Positions 55,898 to 55,936 of a stretch of 55,936 nt of DNA are shown here, piece by piece. The stretch spans positions 1 to 55,936 of IMG/VR virus record IMGVR_UViG_3300033141_004453, one strand, 5' to 3'. The stretch is from a virus. Lineage: Duplodnaviria > Caudoviricetes. Positions within the stretch are counted from its first letter, which is position 1. Each line of letters opens with the position of its first letter. The position numbers were made by a program, and so were the translations under genes. A model generated the notes under the pieces. It did no database searches, was not told the DNA's origin, and was given only the letters and a program-made list of their open reading frames with translations.

Positions 55898-55936
55898 ATT
55901 AATTCAAGCAATTTGAATGCAATAAAAACAATCGCA

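Noticed and set aside
55898-55936. Exact circular join of the window end to position 1
   Set aside because: No terminal repeat seen; joining gives only a short, unconvincing C-terminus for the 1-111 ORF, so some sequence is probably missing
1-55936. Stop-codon reassignment, diversity-generating retroelement, inteins or introns
   Set aside because: Conserved genes are full length in the standard code using TAA, TGA and TAG; no reverse transcriptase; PolB, TerL and helicase have ordinary lengths

Overview
AT-rich window (roughly 30% GC by eye) that reads as a near-complete, circularly permuted genome of a tailed dsDNA virus (Caudoviricetes, siphovirus-like, no sheath or integrase seen). The host is most likely archaeal, given PCNA, family-B polymerase, AEP primase, ERCC4 nuclease, TATA-like promoters and oligo-T terminators. 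Minus strand 1-12.5 kb: head-associated proteins, portal-MuF fusion, terminase, HNH, ERCC4 nuclease, SF3 helicase. Plus strand 12.6-24.7 kb: replication genes interleaved with a 7-deazaguanine cluster (QueD, QueE, FolE, a second QueD-like T-fold protein, PRTase, glycosyltransferase, TGT/DpdA-like enzyme; no QueC). 24.8-28.7 kb: array of small ORFs with a GC-rich structured element. 28.7-41 kb: about 12 kb of sugar-tailoring genes (6 glycosyltransferases, 3 radical SAM enzymes, split transketolase, methyltransferases, epimerase). Minus strand 41-56 kb: tail and head morphogenesis. The best candidates for new biology are (i) clamp-coupled, possibly glycosylated 7-deazaguanine DNA modification and (ii) a virus-encoded exotic glycan pathway paired with Ser-Gly/Gly-Ser-rich virion proteins. 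All calls come from motif recognition by eye; no searches were run.
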